Source: an uncultured virus (IMG/VR IMGVR_UViG_3300037067_013691) (Duplodnaviria > Heunggongvirae > Uroviricota > Caudoviricetes). From it: a DNA stretch of 64,000 bases. The translations under genes and the position numbers were made by a program. A model generated the notes under the pieces. That model had not been told where the DNA came from, ran no database searches, and saw only the letters and a list, made by a program, of their open reading frames with translations. How positions within the stretch are numbered: position 1 is the first letter of the stretch; each line of letters starts with the position of its first letter. Below, piece after piece: positions 1 to 10,200 of the stretch. The stretch lies in IMG/VR virus record IMGVR_UViG_3300037067_013691; one strand, 5' to 3'.

Positions 1-125
1 CATGTTTCTCATGGATATTGTGCTGAAAGCAATTATGACATAGCCATAGGTAATGATATATCTGATTTGTATCAAGAAATTACTTACTTAAAAAAGGAAA
101 TAGCAAGATTAGAAGGAAATAAGTA

Positions 126-728
126 ATGCATGAATCAGAAACTACTTATAAAACAGGTGCTATTTGTGACTTACTAGAACATGAACCATCTAATAAGAAA
201 TTGGCAAGCAAAATACTTAAGGGTCACTGCCCTAAATGTAATTCCACTCAACTAGTTAAATGGCATCGTCACTATTCAGATGAACTTGGTTCTCGCTTTC
301 ATTGTATATCTTGTGATATGGACTATGCATGGCCTATAGCTTGGAATCCACCTCTACCTGTTATAAAAATTGAAGGAAAGTATTTATCACCATTAGATAG
401 GCGTACAATAGCAGAGAGATGCAAAGATAAAGGTATTACTGTACCAGAATTTTGGAAATCAATAATGGAAAGCGACCTAGAACCTAAAGTTGCAACTATC
501 ATCCTTAGATGCTACGAATGCCATAAAGAGAAGATGATGGAAGTTATTGTACAGGCTGGATACTGGCACTGGAAAAGAGGTTGCCATGCTCGTGGATGGG
601 TAAATACTGATAATGAACTATGGCACAACAAAGAACGGAACAGAACTGAATTACTTGCACGTTGCGGTGATTGTTATAAGAAAGATATCGAATCTGTAGA
701 AGGGGTTAAGAAATATATTAAGGAGTAA
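126..728 (+). CDS. Hypothetical Cys-rich (multiple zinc-ribbon) protein
   Basis: 200-aa ORF with several CxxC pairs (CPKC, CISC, CYEC, CGDC). Confidence 0.7.
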   Translation: MHESETTYKTGAICDLLEHEPSNKKLASKILKGHCPKCNSTQLVKWHRHYSDELGSRFHCISCDMDYAWPIAWNPPLPVIKIEGKYLSPLDRRTIAERCKDKGITVPEFWKSIMESDLEPKVATIILRCYECHKEKMMEVIVQAGYWHWKRGCHARGWVNTDNELWHNKERNRTELLARCGDCYKKDIESVEGVKKYIKE

Positions 729-731
729 ATT

Positions 732-1019
732 ATGCCAAAATTACCTAAAAATATATCGATGCTTGTATTATATATAGATAATAAAACATTAGGTATAATT
801 AAAAACAAGGCATCTACGGAAGAGCGTAGCGTAAATAGTTATGTTAGGCGAATACTGTATGCTAAAATTTACGGTTCTTCTGATTCCCCTGTAAATTCCC
901 AATCGGTAATAATTACACGTGATGGTGATAAAGTAGTAAATGTAAAACCTGATGAGGATATAATCAAACAACGAAGAAATAAAGATGGCAGATTTATAAA
1001 AAGAGGAGGCAAAAAATAA
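732..1019 (+). CDS. Putative ribbon-helix-helix/Arc-like DNA-binding protein with basic RxxxGxFxK tail
   Basis: LYID..IKNKASTEERSVNSYVRRIL fits the Arc/CopG pattern; GGAG SD; C-terminus RNKDGRFIKRG. Confidence 0.55.
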   Translation: MPKLPKNISMLVLYIDNKTLGIIKNKASTEERSVNSYVRRILYAKIYGSSDSPVNSQSVIITRDGDKVVNVKPDEDIIKQRRNKDGRFIKRGGKK

Positions 1020-1020
1020 A

Positions 1021-1269
1021 ATGAATAAGAATCAGATTGTCAAAATATATCGTGGTACAAGTGGATGGCACTACCATTACCATAAACCTGACTGCATCTA
1101 TGCCCAAAGCTCCGATTACAAATCCTTTAATTTAACTGAAGTTCTAAAAATGGAGGCTGCTCTAGGTTTTAAATATAAACCTTGTGGTTGTATGTTAGGA
1201 TTACCTACTGCATTACTTGGAATAGGTGCAAGGGATAAGTCTGGTAAATTTATTAAAAGGGGCAAATAG
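1021..1269 (+). CDS. Small Zn-binding protein (Ada metal-binding-like) with RDKSGKFIKRG tail
   Basis: YHYHKPDC...EAALGFKYKPCGC resembles the YH..C...EA...GY.PC..C pattern. Confidence 0.45.
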   Translation: MNKNQIVKIYRGTSGWHYHYHKPDCIYAQSSDYKSFNLTEVLKMEAALGFKYKPCGCMLGLPTALLGIGARDKSGKFIKRGK

Positions 1270-1270
1270 A

Positions 1271-2287
1271 ATGAATTACGAAACTGATACTATTAATATA
1301 CAAGCTATTAAAGTTAAGGATAAATATTATATTCATCAAGTTAACATACCGGGTTGGATTAGCCCTAGCCTAAAAGGATTAAAATTTGACGGTGAATCCC
1401 CGCAAGAGGCTTTTTTAGATAACTGGTTCATTATAAACGAAATCCCTAAATCTGTTACATATAAAAAATATGGCACTATTACTAATGAGAGATATGAACT
1501 CAAAGATAAAACTTTAGCATCAGACAAAATACCCCTAACAATTAATCTGAGTCAAATCACTATTCACAAATACGAGGATGCTCCAGATGAATGGGAAGGG
1601 CAGTATGCCAGCTTCCAATCCTTGTACACAAGGGTATTTGACACTTCACCAGATACATGGGAAGAGGTTAAATTTACCTTTGATATTGCACTTGAAGTAG
1701 AAAATATATCTATCCGTCCTAAATTTAAATATGACCTATCGCCTCGCTATAATAGCTTTTTCCATAAAGATGTTTTCTCCACCTTAACAGAAGCTAATAT
1801 CCATCACCAAACATTAGCTTCTATCGTTTATCCTGAAATACTTTGGCACGAAACACCTTGTTACCTATCATCAGAAGATACATATGAGCTAATACGAGCA
1901 TATATCAAACGCAATATTGACCCTAAGTATGCAAAAATTACTTCTGATTACGATTTCTGCTTCACAGTTGAGAAGGTAATACCTTTAGCAAAACCTTTGA
2001 ATATACCACATTCTCGTAAAGTTGGGCGTAAAACAGTAAATGAAGTAAGATTACAATCCACTAAACAAGTAAAGATATTTGAAATGACTTCAGAGAAATC
2101 ACATTATCAGGGTTATCCTATAATAAAAGGATTTAGCGGTATTAATGAGAAGGAACTTAAAAGTAAAATAGATTCTTATCTTGAAGAACTTATAGAAATT
2201 ATCAACATGCCTTGTAAAGAATGCCCTAACTGCAATGGAGTAGGAGTTATCTTTGATATTAAAGAGGGGTTAACTGAACATAAATAA
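1271..2287 (+). CDS. Phage-type hypothetical protein with C-terminal CxxCxxCxG
   Basis: Long ORF; likely start is ATG 1271, right after the upstream stop. Confidence 0.75.
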   Translation: MNYETDTINIQAIKVKDKYYIHQVNIPGWISPSLKGLKFDGESPQEAFLDNWFIINEIPKSVTYKKYGTITNERYELKDKTLASDKIPLTINLSQITIHKYEDAPDEWEGQYASFQSLYTRVFDTSPDTWEEVKFTFDIALEVENISIRPKFKYDLSPRYNSFFHKDVFSTLTEANIHHQTLASIVYPEILWHETPCYLSSEDTYELIRAYIKRNIDPKYAKITSDYDFCFTVEKVIPLAKPLNIPHSRKVGRKTVNEVRLQSTKQVKIFEMTSEKSHYQGYPIIKGFSGINEKELKSKIDSYLEELIEIINMPCKECPNCNGVGVIFDIKEGLTEHK

Positions 2288-2313
2288 AAGAGCTATCTAT
2301 AGAGGAGTAAATA

Positions 2314-2703
2314 ATGATTAAAGCTATTCTTAAATCACTGCTTTTTATACCAATACTATTCGTTTTCTTAATATCACTGCTAGTTGGATATATTGGCATC
2401 ATTTCATTCCAAAATATAGAGTATACCTACGCAGGTAAATCAATTGTAACACTAGACCAATATAACGAAATTAGCATGGCGGCCTATAAAGATAGTGACA
2501 TTTTAAAAATAATGGGCGTATCTAATGATAAATTAACTGTAATTTATCAATTTAATTCACTCGCAAAAATTGACTACCTGACTCAAATTAAACAGGAAAC
2601 TCAATTCTGGCCTCCCTTCGGATTATTAATAGCATCAATCATTATATTTTTGATAATGCTGATACCAACAACAGATTTAATCAAGTGGATAAGGAATAAA
2701 TAG
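2314..2703 (+). CDS. Two-TM membrane protein
   Basis: Hydrophobic N- and C-terminal segments; GAGGAG SD. Confidence 0.7.
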   Translation: MIKAILKSLLFIPILFVFLISLLVGYIGIISFQNIEYTYAGKSIVTLDQYNEISMAAYKDSDILKIMGVSNDKLTVIYQFNSLAKIDYLTQIKQETQFWPPFGLLIASIIIFLIMLIPTTDLIKWIRNK

Positions 2704-2734
2704 AATGACGATTGTATTAGAATGGATAATTTAG

Positions 2735-3181
2735 ATGAGTAGAGAACTTAAATTTAGAGTGCCTTGTAAATGCCAGAATGGTCATTTTAGATGGGCATAT
2801 ATAAATTTTGACAGTCCTTGGGGATTACATGAAACGCAACTACGATGGGGAGAGCGTAATTGCAATTGCCCTATGGGTGAGTTAGGTGAAGGATATATTG
2901 CTTGCGGAGAACGACAACAATTCACTGGTAGATTTGATAAGAATAATAAGGAATTGTATGAAAACGATATATTTACAATAGACGGCTCTCAATTTAAACG
3001 AGTAGTACGATGGTTTAAATCAGGATGGTATACATTCATAGGAACAGATAACCATTCATATACTCTATTAAATGATTACTACGATAAAGAAATAGAAATA
3101 GTTGGTAATTTAGATGATATCCGATGGAAATACGATAAGTATCTTAATATGGAGAAGATTAAAGGTGAACTTAATGCGTAA
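2735..3181 (+). CDS. YopX-family phage protein
   Basis: MSRELKFR...QQFTGRFDKNNKELYENDI...IEIVGN signature. Confidence 0.8.
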   Translation: MSRELKFRVPCKCQNGHFRWAYINFDSPWGLHETQLRWGERNCNCPMGELGEGYIACGERQQFTGRFDKNNKELYENDIFTIDGSQFKRVVRWFKSGWYTFIGTDNHSYTLLNDYYDKEIEIVGNLDDIRWKYDKYLNMEKIKGELNA

Positions 3182-3416
3182 ATCAGAAGCCAAAGACTTA
3201 ATAGGTAGTTCACCAAATTTGCTATACCGAATGGTAAAGAGAAACTGTGTACAACTTTGGCATCCTATGGCTAAAAAATGGGTAGTAGTTGATAGAACAC
3301 TAGGTAAAATAGTTAGGTATAGTCCTCAATATGCCAAACCGTATAAAAATGTGAGAATATTATTTGGAGTTGATGGGAGTAAAATAGATACTAATGGAGA
3401 CATCAAGAATGCGTAA
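3174..3416 (+). CDS. Hypothetical protein beginning with the shared MRKSEAKDL N-terminus
   Basis: ATG 3174 overlaps the upstream stop; first 9 aa shared with the zinc-ribbon family, the rest unrelated. Confidence 0.6.
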   Translation: MRKSEAKDLIGSSPNLLYRMVKRNCVQLWHPMAKKWVVVDRTLGKIVRYSPQYAKPYKNVRILFGVDGSKIDTNGDIKNA

Positions 3417-3556
3417 ATCAGAAGATATAAGAGGTATATAATGGAGTTATTGATAGAACGGTTAACTACTGCATGGAATGATGGAGTGCTTATCCAAAGT
3501 AATGATTTGGATAAACGGATTAAAAAATTAGAGGACAAATATAAGGAGCAATAGAA

Positions 3557-3850
3557 ATGCCTGAATGGTTAAGAGCTTTATTATGTATCGCTATATTTAT
3601 AGTATTACTCCTTACAGGAATAGGTATATTCAATTTAGCACAGCAAATATATAATGCACCAACAATTACTAAACAACCCATAATCATTACACCTGATACT
3701 ATTGATGTACAGTCATCAGCAGACCATAGACATTGGGATATAACAGGAACATTTGATAACATCACATTAAAAGGAGGAGAAATGTACTACATTAGATTTA
3801 TGTTACCTGTTGTTGATAGGGAGATACGCATAGACAATGAGAAAGAGTGA
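3557..3850 (+). CDS. N-terminally anchored membrane protein, paralog of 21752..22078
   Basis: Shared LLLTGI..FNLAQQIYNAPTI.KQP and EMYYIRF.LPV. Confidence 0.75.
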   Translation: MPEWLRALLCIAIFIVLLLTGIGIFNLAQQIYNAPTITKQPIIITPDTIDVQSSADHRHWDITGTFDNITLKGGEMYYIRFMLPVVDREIRIDNEKE

Positions 3851-4094
3851 AGCCAAAGACTTAATCTGTCCTAAGTGTAATCAGCAAACACTAATCAAGG
3901 CAGGTAAAACAACGCCAAATAAAGGCTCTAGTAAGTCTTATCAGCGTTATAGGTGTACTAATCTTGATTGCCCACTAACTATTACACTGAAGCCTAAACA
4001 GGCTGATAAAAGAGTGTTTGAAGTGGATGCCGATACTGAAGTAATGTTAGTAAAACGTGACAATAAAGGTCATTTTGTAAAGAGGGGTGAATAA
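3837..4094 (+). CDS. Zinc-ribbon protein (InsA-N-like), MRKSEA family copy 1
   Basis: CPKC..LIKAG..YQRYRC...C; tail KRDNKGHFVKRG. Confidence 0.75.
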   Translation: MRKSEAKDLICPKCNQQTLIKAGKTTPNKGSSKSYQRYRCTNLDCPLTITLKPKQADKRVFEVDADTEVMLVKRDNKGHFVKRGE

Positions 4095-4585
4095 TGAAAG
4101 ACACGAATACAGTAATTAATATATGCAAATTAGTTTGTATCGAGAAAGATGGTTGTCATATTCAGCATACTCCTACACACTATAATTGTGCTGTCTATAT
4201 AAGTATTAAATCGCTACTGAGTTTCTTAGAGCAGAAACAAAATAGCAATGGACAAAACAAGATAACAAACCCTAAGTATTTGATATGCCCTAAATGTGGT
4301 AATATGACACTTGACTATGGAAGAGGATTCAATTACCAATGTCTTAGAAGAGTTTGTTGTTGGCAAGGAAATGAAGCATTAACTCTTGAAGCATGGCAAT
4401 CCAAACACCATATTCCTAACAGGACAGTAAAGGTTCATTCTGATATAGATTTACTAGAAGGTGTCCAATCATACCCTAAACAAATGGCAAAACTTATGCA
4501 AGGCAAGACAAACCATCTAGCTACTATAGCACAGGTTCAAGTACATGATGGGGAGGATGTTATAGTACAAAAACGAAATAAATAA
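4094..4585 (+). CDS. Chimeric hypothetical protein with internal zinc ribbon
   Basis: Middle CPKC..GRGFNYQCL..CCWQG matches 11067..11267; C-terminus matches the MRKSEA family tail. Confidence 0.65.
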   Translation: MKDTNTVINICKLVCIEKDGCHIQHTPTHYNCAVYISIKSLLSFLEQKQNSNGQNKITNPKYLICPKCGNMTLDYGRGFNYQCLRRVCCWQGNEALTLEAWQSKHHIPNRTVKVHSDIDLLEGVQSYPKQMAKLMQGKTNHLATIAQVQVHDGEDVIVQKRNK

Positions 4586-4612
4586 GGTAAGTTTGTTAAA
4601 AAGGAAAGGTAG

Positions 4613-5229
4613 ATGAACAAACCATTTTTCTATTGTTTATGTTTACTATTACTTATACAAATCACATACTTAATAAACGCTTCGGACTTATATTGGACTC
4701 TTGTTGCTTCAGTTGCAATAGTATTTACTATCCTTATAGGCATTTTCTATTGCATAGATATTAGAACCACAAGTAAGAGTGCAAGAACAGATGAGACATA
4801 ATAATATGAAAAAACTACTATGGACTACCACAATTGTAATATCTTGGATACTATTTACCCTTTCTATACTGCATTTTGCTTTATATCTTATATACAACTA
4901 CTGTTCTGCATTTATCTTGGGGTACTTCGTTACTCTATCATTTGATATTGAATCCACATTTCATTATCTTTGGTTAAGCATGATTTACGGAATACTTTTT
5001 ATCATATTCAATATATATTCAAAAGCTAGAGGAGTAATATAGAATGGGCAAACGCAGAGCTAGTATTAAACTGACTATCTCCAAAGATTACACTAACCCT
5101 GAATTATCAGATGAGAAAATAAAGTCTGATATGTGGCTGCAAATAGAACGCTGTCTTAGCTCTACTTCAGTGGGATTGGTAATTGATCTCAACCATAAAG
5201 TATCTACAAAGGTACGCCACTTCAAATGA
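4613..5229 (+). CDS. Three small hypothetical ORFs (4613-4801, ~4779-5042 membrane, 5044-5229)
   Basis: Tandem co-oriented ORFs closing the first + block. Confidence 0.55.
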
Positions 5230-5235
5230 ATGGCC

Positions 5236-6477
5236 TCAACCTTTTCGTTCCCACCAATCCTTCTTAAACTCAAACCAATAATGACCACCTCTCATTGACT
5301 TCTGCCAACATACCCAAAACATTAGATTTTGCCGTAGTGCTTCTATGACCTGTTCATTCCCACTCCATCCACCTGTATGTAATTGCAACTTAGTTACCCT
5401 TTCCTTCTTAAATAGATGGTCCTTAGACTTATATAACTTGTATCCCCAATCACCATAATGCCATATACTTATAACATACTCAACGAGTGGTTTAGCACCT
5501 GTTGTCATAACATCCCAATTCTTAATTGTCTCTAGTCTTTCATCTGTAAGATATTCTTGCTCATCTATTTTCATATTACTCTATCCTATACCTTTTGAAA
5601 CTACTTGCTCGCCTATTTTGATTAAACACTACTAGCTATGGCATCCAGTTCAGCGTCCCATGCTTCTTCAGGCGTATCTTTATCTTTGTAAGATTCTGGA
5701 TAACCACCATCATCACGTAACACACACTTTATTTCTTCGACCTTAAGAACATCAGAAACGGATGAACTTGTAATCAGTTTTATAACTTCTATTTTCCATT
5801 TTAAGTAACTCATTTCATTCCCCTCTCATTAAATACCATACTGCCATACACAACTTTACAGGCCATGCTAATATCCAAACTAATATATGATTAGATTCCC
5901 CACCAAACGTAATGCAAAAACTACCCAACACGAAGCCTAATATCATACCCACAATAAGATAAATTGGAAAAATCCAATAAACTAAATCCATCACTGACTC
6001 CAATACCAGTAACCATGCCTACACGTAGCATTATTTTCCAATTCATTTAAAAACTTCTCGCATTCATCTTCTGATTTATCTTTACTCCATCTACTACAAT
6101 CTTTCATTTCATTTAAACTTAGCCAACTATAAGCATGATTCATATCACCTAGTATTCTCAGACATTCCTTTGCAGAATACTGAGTTCCATCTTTATTTAC
6201 AAATCGTAAACTAATCTTTTCAAAGCTATTCATGTTCAATCAAATTCCACTGTTTCAATGCTTCTTTAGCTGAAATACTTGACTTCCTATCCCCGTTCAT
6301 TACTATTTCCTTTAGTATATCTTTAACTAAATCAAGATATACAGTACCATATCCTTTACACTGTTTACATACAATCTGGTCATTACACCCATTTATGTAC
6401 GCTTCATATGTGGAATGCAAACAATTACGATGTTTCCTTACATATCCAGTTCCATTACAATAAGAACATCTGCTCAT
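5236..6477 (-). CDS. Run of five small phage-type hypothetical ORFs (5236-5574, 5622-5813, 5815-6003, 5991-6239, 6226-6477)
   Basis: Abutting or overlapping start/stop codons; 6226-6477 has DnaJ-like CxxCxGxG repeats. Confidence 0.65.
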
Positions 6478-7274
6478 GCAATTAACTCCATAGATTCTTG
6501 AGAGTATCTCTTAGCTGCTATCTCACAATATTTTTCATTCACCTCAATACCAATTGAATACCTTTTTAATGACATGGCAGCTACTAAGGTTGTCCCTGAA
6601 CCCATCGCAAAATCTAATACGATATCCCCTTCTAAACTATATGTTTTTATTAGATACTTAAATAGTTCAACTGGTTTTTGTGTAGGATGCAAACCTCTAT
6701 CACCAGTTGCCCGATTATTAAACTCTTGTACTGATGATGGGTATCTATCATCATTGTTTCCAGCATCATTATCCTTGTCGTATTCCCCATTAATACTACC
6801 CACAAACTCACCACAAGCATGTCTTGATCTATCACTATATTTATACTTACTACGTTCTTTACCGCTACCATGCCTATCTTCTTTTTGTGGATAATAGCTT
6901 ACCTTCTTTTTACCAAATACCAATATATCCTCATGCTCTTTCATAGGGGCATACTTAGCTTGAGCGAAATTAGATGCACATTTCTTCTTATATATCCATC
7001 CATGTCTAAACATACTAGGATTACTCATTACTAATGCCGATGTAAATGGTTGTGACGCACTAAAGACAATTGGAGTATTATCATCGGTTAGCCTTAACAA
7101 CTGTTGCCACATAAGGTTAAAGGGAATTATATCATCCCACTGACAGGCTGTAGTACCATATGGCGGGTCAGCTAATACTAAATCCACTTTTGTATCAATA
7201 TTGGGTAACACTTCATTACAATCACCCAAATATATTGTCCTGTACTTATCCTGATAATATGGTTTCACAGCCAC
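6474..7274 (-). CDS. Orphan DNA amino-methyltransferase (N6-adenine/N4-cytosine, beta class)
   Basis: DLVLADPPYG before HPTQKP and VLDFAMGSGTT...IGIE. Confidence 0.92.
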   Translation of the reverse strand: MAVKPYYQDKYRTIYLGDCNEVLPNIDTKVDLVLADPPYGTTACQWDDIIPFNLMWQQLLRLTDDNTPIVFSASQPFTSALVMSNPSMFRHGWIYKKKCASNFAQAKYAPMKEHEDILVFGKKKVSYYPQKEDRHGSGKERSKYKYSDRSRHACGEFVGSINGEYDKDNDAGNNDDRYPSSVQEFNNRATGDRGLHPTQKPVELFKYLIKTYSLEGDIVLDFAMGSGTTLVAAMSLKRYSIGIEVNEKYCEIAAKRYSQESMELIA

Positions 7275-10200
7275 ATCAATCCCTTCTTAAAATCATCCCA
7301 ATAGACATGTTCGCTTCCCCTATACTCTCCATCACCTACAATACCTAATACAACAAATCCACCATATTTTAAATTAGAGGTATGGCAACTATCTACAACA
7401 CTGATTAACTTCTGCTTAGTTCGTATATCCTGCAACTTAACTGCTTCTGTAATAGCATCTTTTATATTAGGATGCTTAGTAATTATCAAATCTATTTGTT
7501 CGGTAGATAATAATGCTTGTTTCATACTCAACCATCCCTTACGCCAATAATTCTTCTTTGATTCTATCCCATGTTTCACTACGTATTGCTAGATATTTAC
7601 TATCGGTATCAGTATGTGTACGCATGGCGCATTCAATCCTCCCGATCACATGCTTAACAGTCTTAGCATCTAAAATAGGACACCATTCAGGTTTAGTTCT
7701 CGTTATATCAACAACATCTACTGACTTCTTATTTATATAACCGATATTTGATTTCATACATATTGCCACTTGACCTGATACATCTGTTCCCATATGTGGA
7801 CATTCAAAACAGGTTTGGTTATACATTTTTATCTCCTAAATATTAATCCTACAAACCCTGAACCTATAAAAGCAACTGCACCTACTGATACAACATATAA
7901 GGAGTATTGCAAATTTAGATTACAACCAATAGCACCTGCTATTATTAAGATTCCACCCACTACTATCATGAATTTGCTTAACCAACCATTTGTTACACCA
8001 ACATAACTATTATTATTTACCATCTTCTATTCTCCTTACTTCTCTCTAACATAAACTGCATATTCGTTATTCCCCTTACCAAACCCAGACTTAGCAACAC
8101 GTACTAAATATTTACCAGTTTTTCTAATTTTGGTAGCATTATATTCAGCTTGTATTCTGTTTGGATAACTATCTGACATCGAATAGTAATGACCACCAAA
8201 TGCACGTTTACTCATAACTTTACCTCCAACATATTATAATTCTGTAAACACAGAGTCTACTATTTTATAAGTACATGAATCTTTGCTACTCAACTCCCTA
8301 ATATTATCCTTACAATCCTTTAAATGTTTTCTAGTATGAGCTAACACCCCCAAATGAATTGTATTCCGTTTGCCTACTATAACTTTACCACACTCACATT
8401 CCCACTTCGCATATTGTCTATTCATTGCTCCTACTTCCTTCCACATCTTTCGTATTGGTAAGTATGCTTAAGATATAAGCTACCGCTATAGATACCAATA
8501 ATGCTTCACCTATCTCAAGTATATCTTCGAATGACATTATATTCTTCTTCATTATTGAATATACCTCAGTCTGCATACCACTGATACCAGACAACACAAA
8601 ATACAAGTAGTAGAATAGTTATACAATAACCTATTGCTAAACACGGATTACCAAATATCCATTCTAAGTTATTTATCATTCACCACCTCTATTAAGCAAT
8701 TTCCGCATATCCCTTAAATCAGGATAACACGTAACATACTTACACTTATCACACCTTATATGTTCCCCACAAGGGACAATTTTCAGGAACACCTTCTTCA
8801 GGTTTACCATTCTCATCATAAGGCACTTCATCACCAAGCAATTCACACCACGTAATTACTTTTTCCTCATGACTGAATCCATCAACATCTTTCCTTTTCG
8901 TTGATTTATAGATACATTTTAGTTTACACGCCATCAAATCAGCAGATACACACATACTATTCTATGCCAATCCTTATATTTACTTCGCTCTTGAAGCGTA
9001 TTTATCTCTACATTTATCAGAACAAGTTCTATTCCCTGTCCACTTTGCCACAAACTCTTTCTTGCATTGAACACACTTCCGTTTCTGTCCCTTTGGAATC
9101 ATACGTCTACTCATTTCATTTACCAAATTTCCTATTAGAAGTAGCACTACCGTTCTTATATAGTCTTTTTTCTATCTCTGCCACCCGTTCTTGTCTACGT
9201 ATCTTTTTCGTAGAATTTCCAGTAGCCTTTGCGGTTTTTCTAATAGTGCCCATTTCAATACTCCTTTACTTTTACATTCACGTTTCAAATCCTGATAATA
9301 AGACTCCATATCAGTAACAGATAGCTTCTTGGCAGATTTACCTAACTTATGTTCCATAATACGTATCTCTGTAGTCATAGACTTCTTGGGAGTCATTCTA
9401 TAACGCTTCATTCCTACATTTCCTCAACGCATTTCTACTTATCACTTCACGTTGCCCATTCTCAAACTCAACTAGAGCAGAATTTAAAGCAAATCGACTA
9501 ACCACTCTGCATATTCTCCTGTAGAGAGTAAGCCGTTTCTCATTATTCTTCCATGAATACTGAAACATATGGGTATCCATTGAATTACTTTAATTTCTTC
9601 TCAAACTGAATGGTAGTAACGCCATGTGTTATTACCTTCCATCCATTCCGCTTAAGAGTTTCGGCTGTTTTCAATCCCTTTAGTGTGCGTGTATCAACTG
9701 TTCTGTACTTATATTTTGCCATCTTCCTACTCCTTTAGTTATTTACCATTTATACCTGCTTTCAATTCGTCACGAAATGTCTTTAGTCCTTCATATTCCC
9801 CTTTCTTCTTACCAGTGTACCAACCTATCATATATCCAAATAGAATTAGGATAAGCCCACAAATAATAATTAGCACAATAATCATAAATACTAACCAATC
9901 CATTATCTTACTTCCCTATCAATCTAAACACATGGCTTCGCAAGAATTGGATGCAGATTTCACTCGCTTTGATATAAATTCAGATTCTTCTATTGACCTG
10001 TAGTATTTCAATACACCCTCATTATTAGCTTGCTTTTCAAGTATCTTCCTACGTTCCTCTAAAGGTAATGCTAAAAACTCTCTACGTGTTAAATATAATT
10101 CAGTCATTCTTTACCTACCATTATATTTGCTTGGTTGCTTCCAAAAGCATATACAGTTCGATATTACAGGATATTTACTCCCACAGAGGTCACAAACTTT

